Of a stretch of 64,000 nt of DNA, positions 63,318 to 64,000 are shown one piece after another. Every line of letters begins with the position of its first letter. The stretch's first letter is position 1. Position numbers and translations under genes: made by a program. Origin of the DNA: Zootoca vivipara (lineage: Eukaryota); assembly GCF_963506605.1 (NCBI RefSeq), contig NC_083292.1:28024001-28088000 (forward strand), given 5' to 3'. A model generated the notes under the pieces. It searched no databases and had not been told where the DNA came from. It worked only from the letters and a program-made list of their open reading frames with translations.

Positions 63318-64000
63318 CTGCCAGAAAAGGAGCGGATAATGGCATAGAGAAGATGGGTTGAAAAAGGCCACCTACCCCCACGAAAAAGGACTAACCCGCT
63401 TTACAAACCCTGATATGCATGAGGATGGCCCAGGGGGCATCCCAGAAGCTGCCCTGTCCCAGATCAGACTCTCATTGAGCCAAAGTCTGCTGCCTCTGCA
63501 CACACTGACCAGCAGAACTGACCCTCCAGGCAGGCAGGCAGGCATGGCCTTCCCAACACCTCTTGCTGCTACTGCAGCTCCCTGATCCTCTTTTTAAATG
63601 GAGATGCCAGCAGGGATTGAACCTTGGACCTCCCGCGTGCCAGGCATGGGCATGGCTCTCCTCCTCATTGCTTGCCTTGCCCTCCATGCCAGAAAACCGT
63701 TTGGCTCCAACTTGCTGCCTGCCTGGGGACTGCAGAACTGAAGAGCAGCACCCTCTGGCTCCTGCCACTGATCAAGGGGCTCTACTGGGGCGAGGTTGCC
63801 CTCCTGACTCAACAAAAGAAGATCAACAAAAGAGCAGCAGCAGCAGGGAGACCCCTGAAGAAGGTGGGTGTGTATCCAACTCTGTGTGGTCTGTGCTGTA
63901 CAAAGTTCTTCCTTTTGTCCATCTTAAATATCTGCCCACCAAGTGGCAGCATCAGTAGGATGGGAGGACTCTCCCTTCCCTGCTTCTCACGACCCAATTT

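Overview
Vertebrate genomic DNA, almost certainly a squamate reptile (it carries Sauria SINEs, a BovB/RTE LINE end, L2/CR1 fragments and Penelope-type remnants), with two assembly gaps (19803-20000, 28119-28265). I reconstructed exons by hand from splice sites and reading frames. Gene order is: PRPF39-like (+, 5' end unresolved), MRPL49 (-), FAU (+), ZNHIT2 (+, intronless), TM7SF2 (-), a secreted TLR5-like LRR-only gene (TLR5S, -), VPS51 (-), TMEM262/CATSPERH (+) and the 3' end of ZFPL1 (-). This matches the block on human 11q13 as I recall it, plus two genes mammals lack at this position: an intact, divergent PRPF39 paralogue and a soluble TLR5 with no transmembrane or TIR domain and an immune-type upstream motif cluster (NF-kB, IRF, AP-1, duplicated TGACGTGG). 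Other notable signals are three minimal type-I hammerhead ribozyme motifs in Penelope-like remnants, a 90-bp hAT MITE family carrying kB sites, a short Helitron-like insert nested in a hAT MITE with the empty site visible in a second copy, a 1.6-kb GC-rich Tc1/mariner-type composite element, a GC-AG intron in TM7SF2 and an RFX X-box cluster at the VPS51/TMEM262 divergent promoter. Most short ORFs in the supplied track are noise. All family assignments come from recall of sequences; no searches were run.
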